Below, one piece after another: positions 9,955 through 21,662 of a stretch of 24,000 nucleotides of DNA. This stretch comes from Escherichia coli O170:H18. GTDB lineage: Bacteria > Pseudomonadota > Gammaproteobacteria > Enterobacterales > Enterobacteriaceae. The notes beneath the pieces were generated by a model, which saw only the letters and a list, made by a program, of their open reading frames with translations, made no database searches and was not told where the DNA came from. Both the position numbers and the translations under genes were made by a program. Position 1 is the stretch's first letter. Every line of letters starts with the position of its first letter. Location of the stretch: NCBI RefSeq assembly GCF_018986815.1, contig NZ_CP076706.1. One strand, 5' to 3'.

Positions 9955-10150
9955 TCGCTTATCTGACCTCTGGTTCACAATTCCCCAATTAAAACTCACA
10001 TCAATGTTGCTAATGCATAACATTTAGTTAACTATCCATTGTCATTATCCCTACATAACACAATTGGCAGTGCCACTTTTACACAACGTGTGACAAGGAG
10101 ATGAGCAACAGACTCATTACACGGCGTGTGTGGACTGCAGGAGACCTGCA

Positions 10151-11806
10151 ATGAATCTCTGGCAACAAAACTACGATCCCGCCGGGAATATCTGGCTTTC
10201 CAGCCTGATAGCATCGCTTCCCATCCTGTTTTTCTTCTTTGCGCTGATTAAGCTCAAACTGAAAGGATACGTCGCCGCCTCATGGACGGTGGCAATCGCC
10301 CTTGCCGTGGCTTTGCTGTTCTATAAAATGCCGGTCGCTAACGCGCTGGCCTCGGTGGTTTATGGCTTCTTCTACGGGTTGTGGCCCATCGCGTGGATCA
10401 TTATTGCAGCGGTGTTCGTCTATAAGATCTCGGTGAAAACCGGGCAGTTTGACATCATTCGCTCGTCTATTCTTTCGATAACCCCTGACCAGCGCCTGCA
10501 AATGCTGATCGTCGGTTTCTGTTTCGGCGCTTTCCTTGAAGGAGCCGCAGGCTTTGGCGCACCGGTAGCAATTACCGCCGCATTGCTGGTCGGCCTGGGC
10601 TTTAAACCGCTGTACGCCGCCGGGCTGTGCCTGATTGTTAACACCGCGCCAGTGGCATTTGGTGCGATGGGTATTCCGATTCTGGTCGCCGGGCAGGTAA
10701 CAGGCATCGACAGCTTTGAGATTGGTCAGATGGTGGGGCGTCAGCTGCCGTTTATGACCATTATCGTGCTGTTCTGGATCATGGCGATTATGGACGGCTG
10801 GCGCGGTATCAAAGAAACCTGGCCTGCGGTCGTGGCTGCGGGCGGCTCATTTGCCATCGCTCAATACCTCAGCTCTAACTTTATTGGGCCGGAACTGCCA
10901 GACATTATCTCTTCGCTGGTATCGCTGCTCTGTCTGACACTGTTCCTCAAACGCTGGCAACCAGTTCGCGTATTCCGCTTCGGTGACTTAGGGGCGTCAC
11001 AGGTTGATATGACGCTGGCTCACACCGGTTACACGGCAGGTCAGGTGCTGCGCGCCTGGACACCGTTCCTGTTCCTGACCGCCACCGTAACGCTGTGGAG
11101 TATCCCGCCGTTTAAAGCCCTGTTCGCTTCAGGCGGTGCGCTGTATGAGTGGGTGATCAACATTCCGGTGCCGTACCTCGATAAACTGGTTGCCCGTATG
11201 CCGCCAGTGGTCAGCGAAGCGACAGCGTATGCCGCCGTGTTTAAGTTCGACTGGTTCTCTGCCACCGGTACCGCCATTCTGTTTGCTGCCCTGCTCTCGA
11301 TTGTCTGGCTGAAGATGAAACCATCTGACGCTATCAGCACCTTCGGCAGCACACTGAAAGAACTGGCTCTGCCTATCTACTCCATCGGCATGGTGCTGGC
11401 GTTCGCCTTTATCTCGAACTATTCCGGTTTGTCATCAACACTGGCGCTGGCACTGGCGCACACCGGTCATGCATTCACCTTCTTCTCGCCGTTCCTCGGC
11501 TGGCTTGGGGTATTCCTGACCGGGTCGGATACGTCATCTAATGCTTTGTTTGCCGCTTTGCAGGCTACCGCCGCACAACAAATTGGCGTTTCTGACCTGT
11601 TGCTGGTTGCAGCCAACACCACCGGTGGTGTCACCGGTAAGATGATCTCCCCGCAATCTATCGCTATCGCCTGTGCGGCGGTAGGCCTGGTGGGCAAAGA
11701 GTCTGATTTGTTCCGCTTTACTGTCAAACACAGCCTGATCTTCACCTGTATGGTGGGCGTGATCACCACGCTTCAGGCCTATGTCTTAACGTGGATGATT
11801 CCTTAA
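10151..11806 (+). CDS. lldP: L-lactate permease (551 aa)
   Basis: [47 protein letters not shown] is a polytopic membrane protein of the LctP family. It is followed by lldR and lldD. The start at 10151 is preferred to 10130 and follows GGAG/CAGGAGACC-type sequence. Confidence 0.96.
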   Translation: MNLWQQNYDPAGNIWLSSLIASLPILFFFFALIKLKLKGYVAASWTVAIALAVALLFYKMPVANALASVVYGFFYGLWPIAWIIIAAVFVYKISVKTGQFDIIRSSILSITPDQRLQMLIVGFCFGAFLEGAAGFGAPVAITAALLVGLGFKPLYAAGLCLIVNTAPVAFGAMGIPILVAGQVTGIDSFEIGQMVGRQLPFMTIIVLFWIMAIMDGWRGIKETWPAVVAAGGSFAIAQYLSSNFIGPELPDIISSLVSLLCLTLFLKRWQPVRVFRFGDLGASQVDMTLAHTGYTAGQVLRAWTPFLFLTATVTLWSIPPFKALFASGGALYEWVINIPVPYLDKLVARMPPVVSEATAYAAVFKFDWFSATGTAILFAALLSIVWLKMKPSDAISTFGSTLKELALPIYSIGMVLAFAFISNYSGLSSTLALALAHTGHAFTFFSPFLGWLGVFLTGSDTSSNALFAALQATAAQQIGVSDLLLVAANTTGGVTGKMISPQSIAIACAAVGLVGKESDLFRFTVKHSLIFTCMVGVITTLQAYVLTWMIP

Positions 11807-12582
11807 TGATTGTTTTACCCAGACGCCTGTCAGACGAGGTTGCCGATCGTGTGCGGGCGCTGATTGATGAAAAAAACCTGGAAGCGGGCATGAAGTTGCC
11901 CGCTGAACGTCAACTGGCGATGCAACTCGGCGTGTCGAGAAATTCACTGCGCGAGGCGCTGGCGAAACTGGTAAGCGAAGGTGTGCTGCTCAGTCGACGT
12001 GGCGGCGGGACGTTTATTCGCTGGCGTCATGACACATGGTCGGAGCAAAACATCGTCCAGCCGCTGAAAACGCTGATGGCCGATGATCCGGATTACAGTT
12101 TCGATATTCTGGAAGCCCGATACGCCATTGAAGCCAGCACCGCATGGCATGCAGCAATGCGCGCCACACCTGGCGAAAAAGAAAAGATTCAGCTTTGCTT
12201 TGAAGCAACGCTAAGTGAAGACCCGGATCTCGCCTCACAAGCGGACGTTCGTTTTCATCTGGCGATTGCCGAAGCCTCACATAACATCGTGCTGCTGCAA
12301 ACCATGCGCGGTTTCTTCGATGTCCTGCAATCCTCTGTGAAGCATAGCCGCCAGCGGATGTACCTGGTACCCCCGGTTTTTTCACAGCTGACCAAACAAC
12401 ATCAGGCGGTCATTGACGCCATTTTTGCCGGTGATGCTGACGGGGCGCGTAAAGCAATGATGGCGCACCTTAGCTTTGTTCACACCACCATGAAACGATT
12501 CGATGAAGATCAGGCTCGCCATGCACGAATTACCCGCCTGCCTGGTGACCATAATGAGCATTCGAGGGAGAAAAACGCATGA
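11806..12582 (+). CDS. lldR: GntR-family transcriptional regulator of the L-lactate operon (258 aa)
   Basis: [55 protein letters not shown] is a GntR wHTH with an FCD-like C-terminus. TAATG overlap with the lldP stop. Confidence 0.95.
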   Translation: MIVLPRRLSDEVADRVRALIDEKNLEAGMKLPAERQLAMQLGVSRNSLREALAKLVSEGVLLSRRGGGTFIRWRHDTWSEQNIVQPLKTLMADDPDYSFDILEARYAIEASTAWHAAMRATPGEKEKIQLCFEATLSEDPDLASQADVRFHLAIAEASHNIVLLQTMRGFFDVLQSSVKHSRQRMYLVPPVFSQLTKQHQAVIDAIFAGDADGARKAMMAHLSFVHTTMKRFDEDQARHARITRLPGDHNEHSREKNA

Positions 12583-13769
12583 TTATTTCCGCAGCCAGCG
12601 ATTATCGCGCCGCAGCGCAACGCATTCTGCCGCCGTTCCTGTTCCACTATATGGATGGGGGGGCATATTCTGAATACACGCTGCGCCGCAACGTGGAAGA
12701 TTTGTCAGAAGTGGCGCTGCGCCAGCGTATTCTGAAAAACATGTCTGACTTAAGCCTGGAAACGACGCTGTTTAATGAGAAATTGTCGATGCCGGTGGCG
12801 CTAGGTCCGGTAGGTTTGTGTGGCATGTATGCGCGACGCGGCGAAGTTCAGGCTGCCAAAGCGGCGGATGCGCATGGCATTCCGTTTACTCTCTCGACGG
12901 TTTCCGTTTGCCCGATTGAAGAAGTCGCTCCAGCTATCAAACGTCCGATGTGGTTCCAGCTTTATGTGCTGCGCGATCGCGGCTTTATGCGTAACGCACT
13001 GGAGCGAGCAAAAGCCGCGGGTTGTTCGACGCTGGTTTTCACCGTGGATATGCCAACGCCGGGAGCGCGTTATCGTGATGCGCATTCTGGGATGAGCGGC
13101 CCGAACGCGGCAATGCGCCGCTATTTGCAGGCGGTGACGCATCCGCAATGGGCGTGGGATGTGGGCCTGAACGGTCGTCCGCATGATTTAGGTAATATCT
13201 CGGCTTACCTCGGCAAACCGACCGGACTGGAAGATTACATCGGCTGGTTGGGGAATAACTTCGATCCGTCCATCTCATGGAAAGACCTTGAGTGGATCCG
13301 CGATTTCTGGGATGGCCCGATGGTGATCAAAGGGATCCTCGATCCGGAAGATGCGCGCGATGCAGTACGTTTTGGTGCTGATGGAATTGTGGTTTCTAAC
13401 CACGGTGGCCGCCAGCTGGACGGTGTGCTGTCTTCTGCCCGTGCGCTGCCTGCTATTGCAGATGCCGTGAAAGGTGATATCGCCATTCTGGCAGATAGCG
13501 GGATTCGTAACGGGCTGGACGTTGTGCGTATGATCGCGCTCGGTGCTGATACCGTACTGCTGGGCCGCGCTTTCCTGTATGCGCTGGCAACAGCGGGCCA
13601 GGCGGGTGTAGCTAATCTGCTAAATCTGATCGAAAAAGAGATGAAAGTGGCGATGACGCTGACTGGCGCGAAATCGATTAGCGAAATTACGCAAGATTCG
13701 CTGGTGCAGGTGCTGGGTAAAGAGTTGCCGGCGGCATTGGCTCCGATGGCGAAAGGGAATGCAGCTTAA
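12579..13769 (+). CDS. lldD: L-lactate dehydrogenase, quinone-dependent, FMN-binding (396 aa)
   Basis: [38 protein letters not shown], with the alpha-hydroxyacid oxidase active-site motif [11 protein letters not shown]. Overlaps lldR by 4 nt (ATGA). Confidence 0.97.
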   Translation: MIISAASDYRAAAQRILPPFLFHYMDGGAYSEYTLRRNVEDLSEVALRQRILKNMSDLSLETTLFNEKLSMPVALGPVGLCGMYARRGEVQAAKAADAHGIPFTLSTVSVCPIEEVAPAIKRPMWFQLYVLRDRGFMRNALERAKAAGCSTLVFTVDMPTPGARYRDAHSGMSGPNAAMRRYLQAVTHPQWAWDVGLNGRPHDLGNISAYLGKPTGLEDYIGWLGNNFDPSISWKDLEWIRDFWDGPMVIKGILDPEDARDAVRFGADGIVVSNHGGRQLDGVLSSARALPAIADAVKGDIAILADSGIRNGLDVVRMIALGADTVLLGRAFLYALATAGQAGVANLLNLIEKEMKVAMTLTGAKSISEITQDSLVQVLGKELPAALAPMAKGNAA

Positions 13770-13816
13770 GGGTTAGACGAATATCTGCTATCCTGCCCCC
13801 GCACTAAGGGGGCAGT

Positions 13817-14290
13817 ATGCTAAACATCGTACTTTACGAACCAGAAATTCCGCCAAATACTGGCAACATCATCCGTCTTTGCGCTAATACCGGCTTTCGT
13901 CTGCATATCATCGAACCAATGGGATTTGCCTGGGACGATAAGCGCCTGCGCCGCGCGGGGCTGGACTATCACGAGTTTACCGCCGTTACGCGTCATCATG
14001 ACTATCGCGCGTTTCTCGAAGCAGAAAATCCCCAGCGCCTGTTTGCCCTCACCACGAAAGGTACGCCTGCTCACAGCGCCGTAAGCTATCAGGATGGCGA
14101 TTATCTGATGTTCGGCCCGGAAACACGCGGCCTGCCAGCGAGCATTCTTGATGCCCTGCCCGCTGAACAAAAAATTCGTATTCCAATGGTGCCGGACAGC
14201 CGCAGCATGAACCTGTCCAATGCGGTGTCGGTCGTGGTGTATGAAGCCTGGCGGCAGTTGGGGTATCCGGGAGCGGTGTTGAGAGATTAG
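13817..14290 (+). CDS. trmL: tRNA (cytidine/uridine-2'-O-)-methyltransferase TrmL (157 aa)
   Basis: [37 protein letters not shown] and FGPETRGLP motifs of the SPOUT family, located after lldD. Confidence 0.95.
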   Translation: MLNIVLYEPEIPPNTGNIIRLCANTGFRLHIIEPMGFAWDDKRLRRAGLDYHEFTAVTRHHDYRAFLEAENPQRLFALTTKGTPAHSAVSYQDGDYLMFGPETRGLPASILDALPAEQKIRIPMVPDSRSMNLSNAVSVVVYEAWRQLGYPGAVLRD

Positions 14291-14294
14291 TTAC

Positions 14295-14330
14295 TGTAGG
14301 CCGGATAGATGATTACATCGCATCCGGCAC
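14295..14330. repeat. Single partly degenerate REP element between the convergent trmL and cysE
   Basis: CTGTAGGCCGGATAGATGATTACATCGCATCCGGCAC: conserved ends with a divergent centre. Confidence 0.8.
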
Positions 14331-14342
14331 GATCACAGGACA

Positions 14343-15164
14343 TCAGATCCCATCACCATACTCAAACGTATGGTTAATGCCGTTGAAGTGCTGGTCCATA
14401 TCCATTGATGGCTTATCGCTGTCTGGTTTACCGACAATGCGTGCCGGAACGCCAGCGGCGGTGGTATGTGGCGGCACCGGTTGCAACACCACGGAACCTG
14501 CGCCAATCTTCGCGCCGCGCCCAACTTCAATATTGCCGAGAATTTTCGCGCCCGCGCCAATCATCACACCTTCACGAATTTTCGGGTGACGGTCGCCACC
14601 AGATTTACCCGTACCGCCAAGCGTCACAGATTGCAGAATCGATACGTCGTTTTCAATCACCGCCGTTTCACCAACGACGATGCCTGTCGCGTGGTCGAGC
14701 ATGATACCGCGACCAATTTTTGCTGCCGGGTGTATATCAACCTGGAACGTTACAGAGACCTGGTTTTGTAGAAAAATAGCCAGCGCGCGACGGCCCTGAT
14801 TCCACAACCAGTGACCGATGCGATACGCCTGCAAAGCATGAAAACCCTTCAGATATAGCAACGGGGTTGAGTATTTATCCACCGCCGGGTCACGGGTACG
14901 CACCGCCTGAATATCACAGGCCGCAGAGGCGATCATTTCCGGGTCGGCGGCGTAGGCTTCTTCCACCACTTCACGGATAGCAATAGCCGGCATAATGGGC
15001 GATGACAGCTTGTTCGCCAGCATGTAGCTCAGTGCACTGCCAAGGTTTTCGTGCTTGAGTAGCGTCGCGTGGTAAAAACTGGCCAGCATTGGCTCACAGT
15101 CCGCCAGCGTTCTGGCTTCAGCTTTAATATTGTTCCAGACAATTTCCAGTTCTTCACACGACAT
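14343..15164 (-). CDS. cysE: Serine O-acetyltransferase (273 aa)
   Basis: MSCEELEIVWNNIKAEARTLADCEPMLASFYHATLLKHENLGSALSYML, with left-handed beta-helix hexapeptide repeats (HPAAKIGRGIMLDHATGIVVGE). Confidence 0.97.
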   Translation of the reverse strand: MSCEELEIVWNNIKAEARTLADCEPMLASFYHATLLKHENLGSALSYMLANKLSSPIMPAIAIREVVEEAYAADPEMIASAACDIQAVRTRDPAVDKYSTPLLYLKGFHALQAYRIGHWLWNQGRRALAIFLQNQVSVTFQVDIHPAAKIGRGIMLDHATGIVVGETAVIENDVSILQSVTLGGTGKSGGDRHPKIREGVMIGAGAKILGNIEVGRGAKIGAGSVVLQPVPPHTTAAGVPARIVGKPDSDKPSMDMDQHFNGINHTFEYGDGI

Positions 15165-15188
15165 TGCTTACTCCACACGATAAGATAA

Positions 15189-15218
15189 TGACCGACCCGT
15201 TCTGCGCGGGCCGGGTCA
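15189..15218 (-). other. Intergenic imperfect hairpin between gpsA and cysE
   Basis: + strand TGACC-GA-CCCG-TTCTGCG-CGGG-CCG-GGTCA. The outer 5-bp and inner 4-bp arms are complementary. There is no strong T tract on the transcribed strand. Confidence 0.4.
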
Positions 15219-15243
15219 TAGTGGTAACAAAGGTTCCCTGGGT

Positions 15244-16263
15244 TTAGTGGCTGCTGCGCTCGTCCTTGCGTGCACGACCTAGTAAAGTCAATGCTGCCTC
15301 GCGCGCGTTTTTTCCGCAATATAATACTTGATAAATTTCCTCGGTTATTGGCATTTCAACGCCGAAGCGATGCGCCAGTTCGCGGACTTCTTTCGTATTG
15401 CGGTAGCCTTCCACCACTTGACCAATTTTTTCCTGCGCGCTTTGTACATCCATGCCCTGACCGAGCATCATGCCAAAACGGCGGTTACGCGACTGGTTGT
15501 CGGTACAGGTAAGCACCAGATCGCCCAGCCCCGCCATGCCCATAAAGGTGGCAGGATCGGCACCCAGCGCCGCGCCAAGACGCGACATTTCAGCCAGTCC
15601 ACGGGTGATCAGCGCCGTACGCGCATTCGCGCCAAAACCGATACCGTCGGACATCCCCGCGCCAATGGCAATGACGTTTTTCACCGCACCGCCAAGCTGC
15701 ACACCGATGAAATCCGGGTTGCTGTAAACGCGGAAACTTTTGCCACAGTGCAGCAATTGCTGGAGGTCATCGGCAAAGGTCTGGTCCGTCGAGGCCAGCG
15801 AAATGGCCGTCGGTAAACCTGCCGCCAGTTCTTTCGCAAACGTTGGGCCAGAGATAACCGCCAGCGGAATTTGATCGCCTAAGGCCTCACGCGCCACGTC
15901 CTGTAACAGACGTCCGGTTTCTGCTTCCAGCCCTTTGGTCGCCCACACCAGACGCGCATCAGGACGCATCAGCGGTTTAATCTGGCGCAGCACTTCACCA
16001 AAGACATGGCTGGGTACGACGACAAGAATATTACGGCTGGCTGCCAGCGCAGTGGCGAGATCGCTTTCAAGATGGAGCGTATCGGGAAAAGGCACATCGG
16101 GGAGAAACGCGGCATTACAGCGGTCGCGTTCAAGCGTTGCGATATGTTCAGGGTCATGGCCCCAGAGGACAACCTCGTGGCCATTTCTTGCCAGGGTGAT
16201 GGCAAGAGCGGTGCCGTACGAGCCGGCACCGATCACAGTCATTGAAGCATTACGTTGGTTCAT
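15244..16263 (-). CDS. gpsA: Glycerol-3-phosphate dehydrogenase [NAD(P)+] (339 aa)
   Basis: [38 protein letters not shown], GxGxxG cofactor motif and characteristic GpsA sequence. Confidence 0.97.
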   Translation of the reverse strand: MNQRNASMTVIGAGSYGTALAITLARNGHEVVLWGHDPEHIATLERDRCNAAFLPDVPFPDTLHLESDLATALAASRNILVVVPSHVFGEVLRQIKPLMRPDARLVWATKGLEAETGRLLQDVAREALGDQIPLAVISGPTFAKELAAGLPTAISLASTDQTFADDLQQLLHCGKSFRVYSNPDFIGVQLGGAVKNVIAIGAGMSDGIGFGANARTALITRGLAEMSRLGAALGADPATFMGMAGLGDLVLTCTDNQSRNRRFGMMLGQGMDVQSAQEKIGQVVEGYRNTKEVRELAHRFGVEMPITEEIYQVLYCGKNAREAALTLLGRARKDERSSH

Positions 16264-16730
16264 CAGGCATCCTGATGTTCTTCAGTACCTTCGCCAGCCT
16301 GCTGCTGCAAATAGTTCATGAACAGCGCATCGAAGTTAACCGGCGCAAGGTTCAGTTGCGGGAATGTACCGCGGGATACCATGCTGGTGATGCACTCACG
16401 AGCATACGGGAACAGAATGTTCGGGCAGTATGCGCCCAGGCAATGTGCCATCTGGGTGCCTTCGATACCCGCGATGGAGAAAATACCGCCCTGCTGAACT
16501 TCACACAGGAACGCGGTTTCTTCGCCCAGGGAGGCCGTTACGGTAACACGCAGTACCACTTCGTAAACGTCATCTGCCAGTTGAGTAGATGCCGTATCCA
16601 GATCAAGTTTAACTTCTGGTTGCCAATCTTTCTGGAAAACGTGCGGCGCGTTCGGCGCTTCGAAAGAAATATCCTTGGTATAAATACGTTGGATCTGGAA
16701 AGTCATTTCGGTGTTGTTTTGTTCTGACAT
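16263..16730 (-). CDS. secB: Protein-export chaperone SecB (155 aa)
   Basis: [48 protein letters not shown]. The start at 16730 is preferred over the upstream in-frame ATG at 16790. Overlaps the gpsA start by 1 nt. Confidence 0.97.
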
Positions 16731-16793
16731 GTGTAGAAAACCCTTAAGTGTTGTCCTTAAAATACTGCGCAATGTAATGCCAACGTTCACACG

Positions 16794-17045
16794 TTATTTC
16801 AGCAGGGGATCCAGTCCACCACGTGCATCCAATGCATACAAGTCATCACAGCCACCAATGTGCTGTGCGTCAATAAAAATCTGTGGAACCGTGGTGCGAC
16901 CGCTGCGTTTGATCATCTCTTCACGCTTAGCGGCATTGCCATCGATCGGCAACTCCTGAAAACTCACGCCCTTGCTGCTCAGCAGTGCTTTTGCACGATG
17001 GCAATACGGGCAGGTTTCTTTGGTATAGATTTCAACATTGGCCAT
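16794..17045 (-). CDS. grxC: Glutaredoxin 3 (83 aa)
   Basis: MANVEIYTKETCPYCHRAKALLSSKGVSF with a CPYC active site. Confidence 0.97.
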   Translation of the reverse strand: MANVEIYTKETCPYCHRAKALLSSKGVSFQELPIDGNAAKREEMIKRSGRTTVPQIFIDAQHIGGCDDLYALDARGGLDPLLK

Positions 17046-17185
17046 AAATTAGCTCCTGTTTTTTACCCTGAAATTTCATGTTGCAGGGCGGCAGCAAAAT
17101 GGAGTGTCCCCAGAAGCTTATATCAATAAGTCGCTGGGGGCCTAATTGCAGCTAACGGCCTGCATCATGAAAAACGGCAGGTAAA

Positions 17186-17617
17186 TTATTTGCCGCGCAC
17201 CAAAGGCAAGTTTTCGCCAGCCCAGCCAGCGACGCCTTCTTTCAGTACGAATACTTGCGCAAAACCAGCTTTCGTCAGCGCGTTTGCAGGCTCCTGGCAC
17301 TGCATGCCAGAACCATCTACCACGATAACCGGTTTGTCTTTGTGCTTCTCAAGCTCACCAACATTGTTGGCTTTGATTTCGCTCGGCAACAGGTTGATAG
17401 AACCTGCGATATGGCCTTTACGGAAGTCATCACGCTGACGTAAATCCACAACCACAGCGTCTTCTTTGTTGATCAGACGCGTAGCTTCACCACGAGTAAT
17501 CACCTTCACTTTCGAGGTCAGGCTCTTAAACGTAGTCACAAGAACCGCCACCAGTAACGCGATCCAGGCGATACTCAGTATGGGATGACGGCCAACAAAT
17601 TGCATAATTTCTTGCAT
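17186..17617 (-). CDS. yibN: Membrane-anchored rhodanese-like domain protein YibN (143 aa)
   Basis: [33 protein letters not shown] has one N-terminal TM helix and a rhodanese-like domain. The ORF-track start at 17629 adds four residues. Confidence 0.93.
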
Positions 17618-17861
17618 GGGGGGTAACAACTCCCGACGTAGTGATTAAAAAAACCAGGAAAGGAGTATACCTGCGCAGTGCGGCAAATACAGCCAGCGCG
17701 TTAACTGGAATGCAATTTTGCGGGGCGCTACGAAAAAAAAGCGTAAATCTGGCATCTGCTTGCCGCGAGCGGTCGTATATTTTGATCTTCAGAGGCTATT
17801 TTATCGATTCAGCTGTAGTAAAATTACGCAAATTTTGACTCTTGAGTATGAGGTTGTCGCA

Positions 17862-19406
17862 ATGTCGGTTTCTAAAAAACCTATGGTACTGGTGATTCTG
17901 GATGGCTATGGCTATCGCGAAGAACAGCAGGATAACGCCATTTTTAGTGCTAAAACCCCGGTAATGGATGCACTGTGGGCCAATCGTCCGCATACCCTGA
18001 TCGACGCTTCCGGTTTGGAAGTCGGTCTGCCTGACCGTCAGATGGGCAACTCCGAAGTAGGCCACGTTAACCTGGGTGCCGGCCGCATCGTGTATCAGGA
18101 CCTGACTCGTCTGGACGTTGAAATCAAAGATCGCGCTTTCTTTGCTAATCCGGTGTTGACTGGTGCAGTAGATAAAGCGAAAAACGCAGGCAAAGCAGTA
18201 CACATTATGGGTCTGCTCTCCGCAGGTGGTGTACACAGCCACGAAGATCACATCATGGCGATGGTAGAACTGGCAGCTGAACGCGGCGCAGAAAAAATCT
18301 ACCTACACGCATTCCTTGACGGTCGCGACACTCCGCCGCGCAGTGCTGAATCCTCGCTGAAAAAATTCGAAGAGAAATTTGCCGCGCTGGGTAAAGGCCG
18401 CGTAGCGTCCATCATTGGTCGTTACTACGCGATGGACCGCGATAACCGTTGGGATCGCGTTGAAAAAGCTTATGACCTGCTGACTCTGGCGCAAGGTGAG
18501 TTCCAGGCCGATACCGCCGTTGCCGGTTTGCAGGCTGCTTATGCTCGCGACGAAAACGACGAGTTCGTGAAAGCGACCGTTATTCGTGCAGAAGGTCAGC
18601 CAGATGCGGCAATGGAAGACGGCGATGCGCTGATTTTCATGAACTTCCGTGCTGACCGCGCGCGTGAAATCACTCGTGCTTTCGTGAACGCTGATTTCGA
18701 TGGCTTCGCGCGTAAGAAAGTGGTTAACGTCGATTTCGTGATGCTGACCGAATACGCTGCCGACATCAAAACCGCAGTGGCTTACCCACCCGCTTCCCTG
18801 GTTAACACCTTCGGCGAGTGGATGGCGAAAAACGACAAAACTCAGCTGCGTATTTCCGAAACCGAAAAATATGCCCACGTTACTTTCTTCTTCAACGGTG
18901 GCGTAGAAGAGTCGTTCAAAGGCGAAGATCGCATTCTGATCAACTCACCGAAAGTGGCTACCTACGATCTGCAACCGGAAATGAGCTCCGCAGAGCTGAC
19001 CGAAAAACTGGTTGCGGCAATCAAGAGCGGCAAATACGACACCATTATCTGTAACTATCCGAACGGCGACATGGTAGGTCACACCGGGGTGATGGAAGCG
19101 GCGGTTAAAGCGGTTGAAGCGCTGGATCACTGCGTGGAAGAAGTCGCGAAAGCGGTTGAGTCCGTGGGTGGACAACTGCTGATCACCGCTGACCACGGTA
19201 ACGCTGAACAGATGCGCGATCCGGCAACGGGTCAGGCACACACGGCACACACCAACCTGCCAGTTCCGCTGATTTACGTTGGTGATAAGAACGTGAAAGC
19301 GGTTGAAGGCGGCAAACTTTCTGACATCGCGCCGACCATGTTGTCGCTGATGGGTATGGAAATCCCGCAAGAGATGACTGGTAAGCCGCTGTTCATCGTG
19401 GAATAA
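17862..19406 (+). CDS. gpmI: 2,3-bisphosphoglycerate-independent phosphoglycerate mutase (514 aa)
   Basis: [39 protein letters not shown] and the metal-binding motif [10 protein letters not shown]. The start at 17862 follows an AGGTTG-like site; the ORF-track extension to 17718 is judged spurious. Confidence 0.97.
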   Translation: MSVSKKPMVLVILDGYGYREEQQDNAIFSAKTPVMDALWANRPHTLIDASGLEVGLPDRQMGNSEVGHVNLGAGRIVYQDLTRLDVEIKDRAFFANPVLTGAVDKAKNAGKAVHIMGLLSAGGVHSHEDHIMAMVELAAERGAEKIYLHAFLDGRDTPPRSAESSLKKFEEKFAALGKGRVASIIGRYYAMDRDNRWDRVEKAYDLLTLAQGEFQADTAVAGLQAAYARDENDEFVKATVIRAEGQPDAAMEDGDALIFMNFRADRAREITRAFVNADFDGFARKKVVNVDFVMLTEYAADIKTAVAYPPASLVNTFGEWMAKNDKTQLRISETEKYAHVTFFFNGGVEESFKGEDRILINSPKVATYDLQPEMSSAELTEKLVAAIKSGKYDTIICNYPNGDMVGHTGVMEAAVKAVEALDHCVEEVAKAVESVGGQLLITADHGNAEQMRDPATGQAHTAHTNLPVPLIYVGDKNVKAVEGGKLSDIAPTMLSLMGMEIPQEMTGKPLFIVE

Positions 19407-19439
19407 TCCCTCCCCATGAGGGGAAAGGCGATTAATACC

Positions 19440-20699
19440 ATGACACGGGCCGTGAAACCGCGCAGGTTTGCAATCAGGCCCATCATCTACGCCAGCGTTC
19501 TGAGCGCTGGCGTATTGTTGTGCGCCTTTTCCGCCCACGCGGATGAGCGTGACCAACTCAAATCCATTCAGGCTGACATCGCCGCGAAAGAGCGCGCGGT
19601 ACGCCAAAAGCAACAACAACGCGCAAGCCTGCTCGCACAATTGAAAAAGCAGGAAGAAGCGATCTCTGAAGCCACCCGTAAACTGCGCGAAACGCAAAAC
19701 ACGCTTAATCAACTGAATAAACAGATTGATGAGATGAACGCGTCGATTGCCAAACTAGAGCAGCAAAAAGCCGCCCAGGAGCGCAGCCTCGCCGCACAAC
19801 TGGATGCCGCGTTTCGTCAGGGTGAACATACCGGTATTCAGCTGATTCTCAGCGGTGAAGAAAGCCAGCGTGGGCAGCGGTTACAGGCTTATTTCGGCTA
19901 TCTCAACCAGGCGCGACAAGAAACCATTGCTCAGTTGAAACAAACGCGTGAAGAAGTCGCTATGCAGCGTGCCGAACTGGAAGAGAAACAGAGCGAGCAA
20001 CAAACGCTTTTATATGAGCAGCGCGCCCAACAGGCGAAGCTGACCCAGGCGTTGAGCGAGCGTAAGAAAACACTGGCAGGGCTGGAGTCTTCCATCCAGC
20101 AAGGTCAGCAACAGTTGAGCGAGCTGCGCGCCAACGAATCCCGTCTGCGTAACAGCATTGCCCGTGCGGAAGCTGCGGCGAAAGCGCGTGCTGAACGTGA
20201 AGCGCGCGAAGCCCAGGCGGTTCGCGACCGCCAGAAAGAAGCGACGCGCAAAGGCACCACCTACAAGCCGACCGAAAGCGAAAAATCGCTGATGTCCCGT
20301 ACCGGTGGTCTGGGAGCACCGCGCGGTCAGGCATTCTGGCCAGTTCGCGGGCCGACGCTGCATCGCTATGGCGAACAGCTACAGGGTGAATTACGCTGGA
20401 AAGGGATGGTGATTGGTGCCTCTGAAGGTACTGAGGTTAAAGCGATTGCCGACGGTCGGGTGATTCTGGCTGACTGGCTGCAAGGCTACGGTCTGGTGGT
20501 GGTGGTTGAGCATGGTAAAGGCGACATGAGTCTTTACGGCTATAATCAGAGCGCACTGGTGAGCGTTGGTTCGCAGGTTCGCGCGGGCCAGCCAATTGCA
20601 CTGGTGGGCAGCAGTGGCGGTCAGGGTCGGCCTTCACTCTATTTCGAAATTCGCCGCCAGGGTCAGGCGGTCAATCCACAGCCGTGGTTGGGAAGATAA
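19440..20699 (+). CDS. envC: Murein hydrolase activator EnvC (LytM/M23-like, coiled-coil; 419 aa)
   Basis: MTRAVKPRRFAIRPIIYASVLSAGVLLCAFSAHADERDQLKSIQADIAAKERAVRQKQQQ has a signal peptide and long coiled coil, plus a C-terminal LytM-like domain (GRVILADWLQGYGLVVVVEHGKGDMSLYGYNQSALVSVGSQVRAGQPIALVGSSG). Confidence 0.95.
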   Translation: MTRAVKPRRFAIRPIIYASVLSAGVLLCAFSAHADERDQLKSIQADIAAKERAVRQKQQQRASLLAQLKKQEEAISEATRKLRETQNTLNQLNKQIDEMNASIAKLEQQKAAQERSLAAQLDAAFRQGEHTGIQLILSGEESQRGQRLQAYFGYLNQARQETIAQLKQTREEVAMQRAELEEKQSEQQTLLYEQRAQQAKLTQALSERKKTLAGLESSIQQGQQQLSELRANESRLRNSIARAEAAAKARAEREAREAQAVRDRQKEATRKGTTYKPTESEKSLMSRTGGLGAPRGQAFWPVRGPTLHRYGEQLQGELRWKGMVIGASEGTEVKAIADGRVILADWLQGYGLVVVVEHGKGDMSLYGYNQSALVSVGSQVRAGQPIALVGSSGGQGRPSLYFEIRRQGQAVNPQPWLGR

Positions 20700-20702
20700 G
20701 TT

Positions 20703-21662
20703 TTGTTTCCATTTCGTCGTAACGTTCTTGCATTTGCCGCCCTGTTGGCGCTCTCCTCCCCCGTAATTGCTGGCAAACTTGCCATCGTCATTGATGATTT
20801 TGGGTATCGCCCGCACAACGAAAACCAGGTGCTGGCGATGCCTTCCGCTATCTCCGTCGCTGTATTACCCGATTCACCGCACGCCAGAGAGATGGCGACC
20901 AAAGCACATAACAGCGGTCACGAAGTGTTGATTCATCTACCGATGGCACCACTGAGTAAACAGCCGCTGGAGAAAAATACGCTACGCCCGGAGATGAGCA
21001 GCGACGAAATTGAGCGCATTATTCGTAGTGCGGTCAATAACGTGCCCTATGCCGTGGGGATCAACAACCACATGGGCAGCAAGATGACCTCTAACCTGTT
21101 TGGTATGCAGAAAGTGATGCAGGCGCTGGAGCGTTACAATCTTTACTTCCTCGACAGCGTAACCATCGGTAATACCCAGGCGATGCGCGCCGCGCAAGGC
21201 ACTGGCGTGAAGGTGATCAAACGGAAGGTGTTCCTCGACGATTCGCAGAACGAAGCGGACATCCGTGTGCAATTTAATCGCGCAATTGACCTGGCACGTC
21301 GCAACGGTTCAACCATTGCCATTGGACATCCTCACCCTTCAACGGTACGCGTGCTACAACAGATGGTTTATAACCTGCCGCCAGACATTACGCTGGTGAA
21401 AGCCAGCAGCTTGTTGAATGAACCGCAGGTTGATACGTCTACACCGCCGAAAAACACTGTGCCCGACACACCGCGTAATCCATTCCGTGGCGTGAAGCTG
21501 TGCAAACCGAAGAAGCCGCTGGAACCTGTTTATGCTAATCGCTTCTTTGAAGTATTAAGCGAAAGCATCAGCCAGAGCACGCTGATCGTTTACTTCCAGC
21601 ATCAGTGGCAAGGCTGGGGCAAACAGCCCGAAGCGGCAAAACTTAACGCTAGCGCAAATTAA
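20703..21662 (+). CDS. yibQ: Divergent polysaccharide deacetylase family protein YibQ (319 aa)
   Basis: [60 protein letters not shown], immediately downstream of envC. Confidence 0.93.
   Translation: MFPFRRNVLAFAALLALSSPVIAGKLAIVIDDFGYRPHNENQVLAMPSAISVAVLPDSPHAREMATKAHNSGHEVLIHLPMAPLSKQPLEKNTLRPEMSSDEIERIIRSAVNNVPYAVGINNHMGSKMTSNLFGMQKVMQALERYNLYFLDSVTIGNTQAMRAAQGTGVKVIKRKVFLDDSQNEADIRVQFNRAIDLARRNGSTIAIGHPHPSTVRVLQQMVYNLPPDITLVKASSLLNEPQVDTSTPPKNTVPDTPRNPFRGVKLCKPKKPLEPVYANRFFEVLSESISQSTLIVYFQHQWQGWGKQPEAAKLNASAN

Noticed and set aside
17718-17861. 48-residue N-terminal extension of gpmI in the ORF track
   Set aside because: The known GpmI start is [17 protein letters not shown] at 17862. 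The upstream part is AT-rich promoter or leader sequence.
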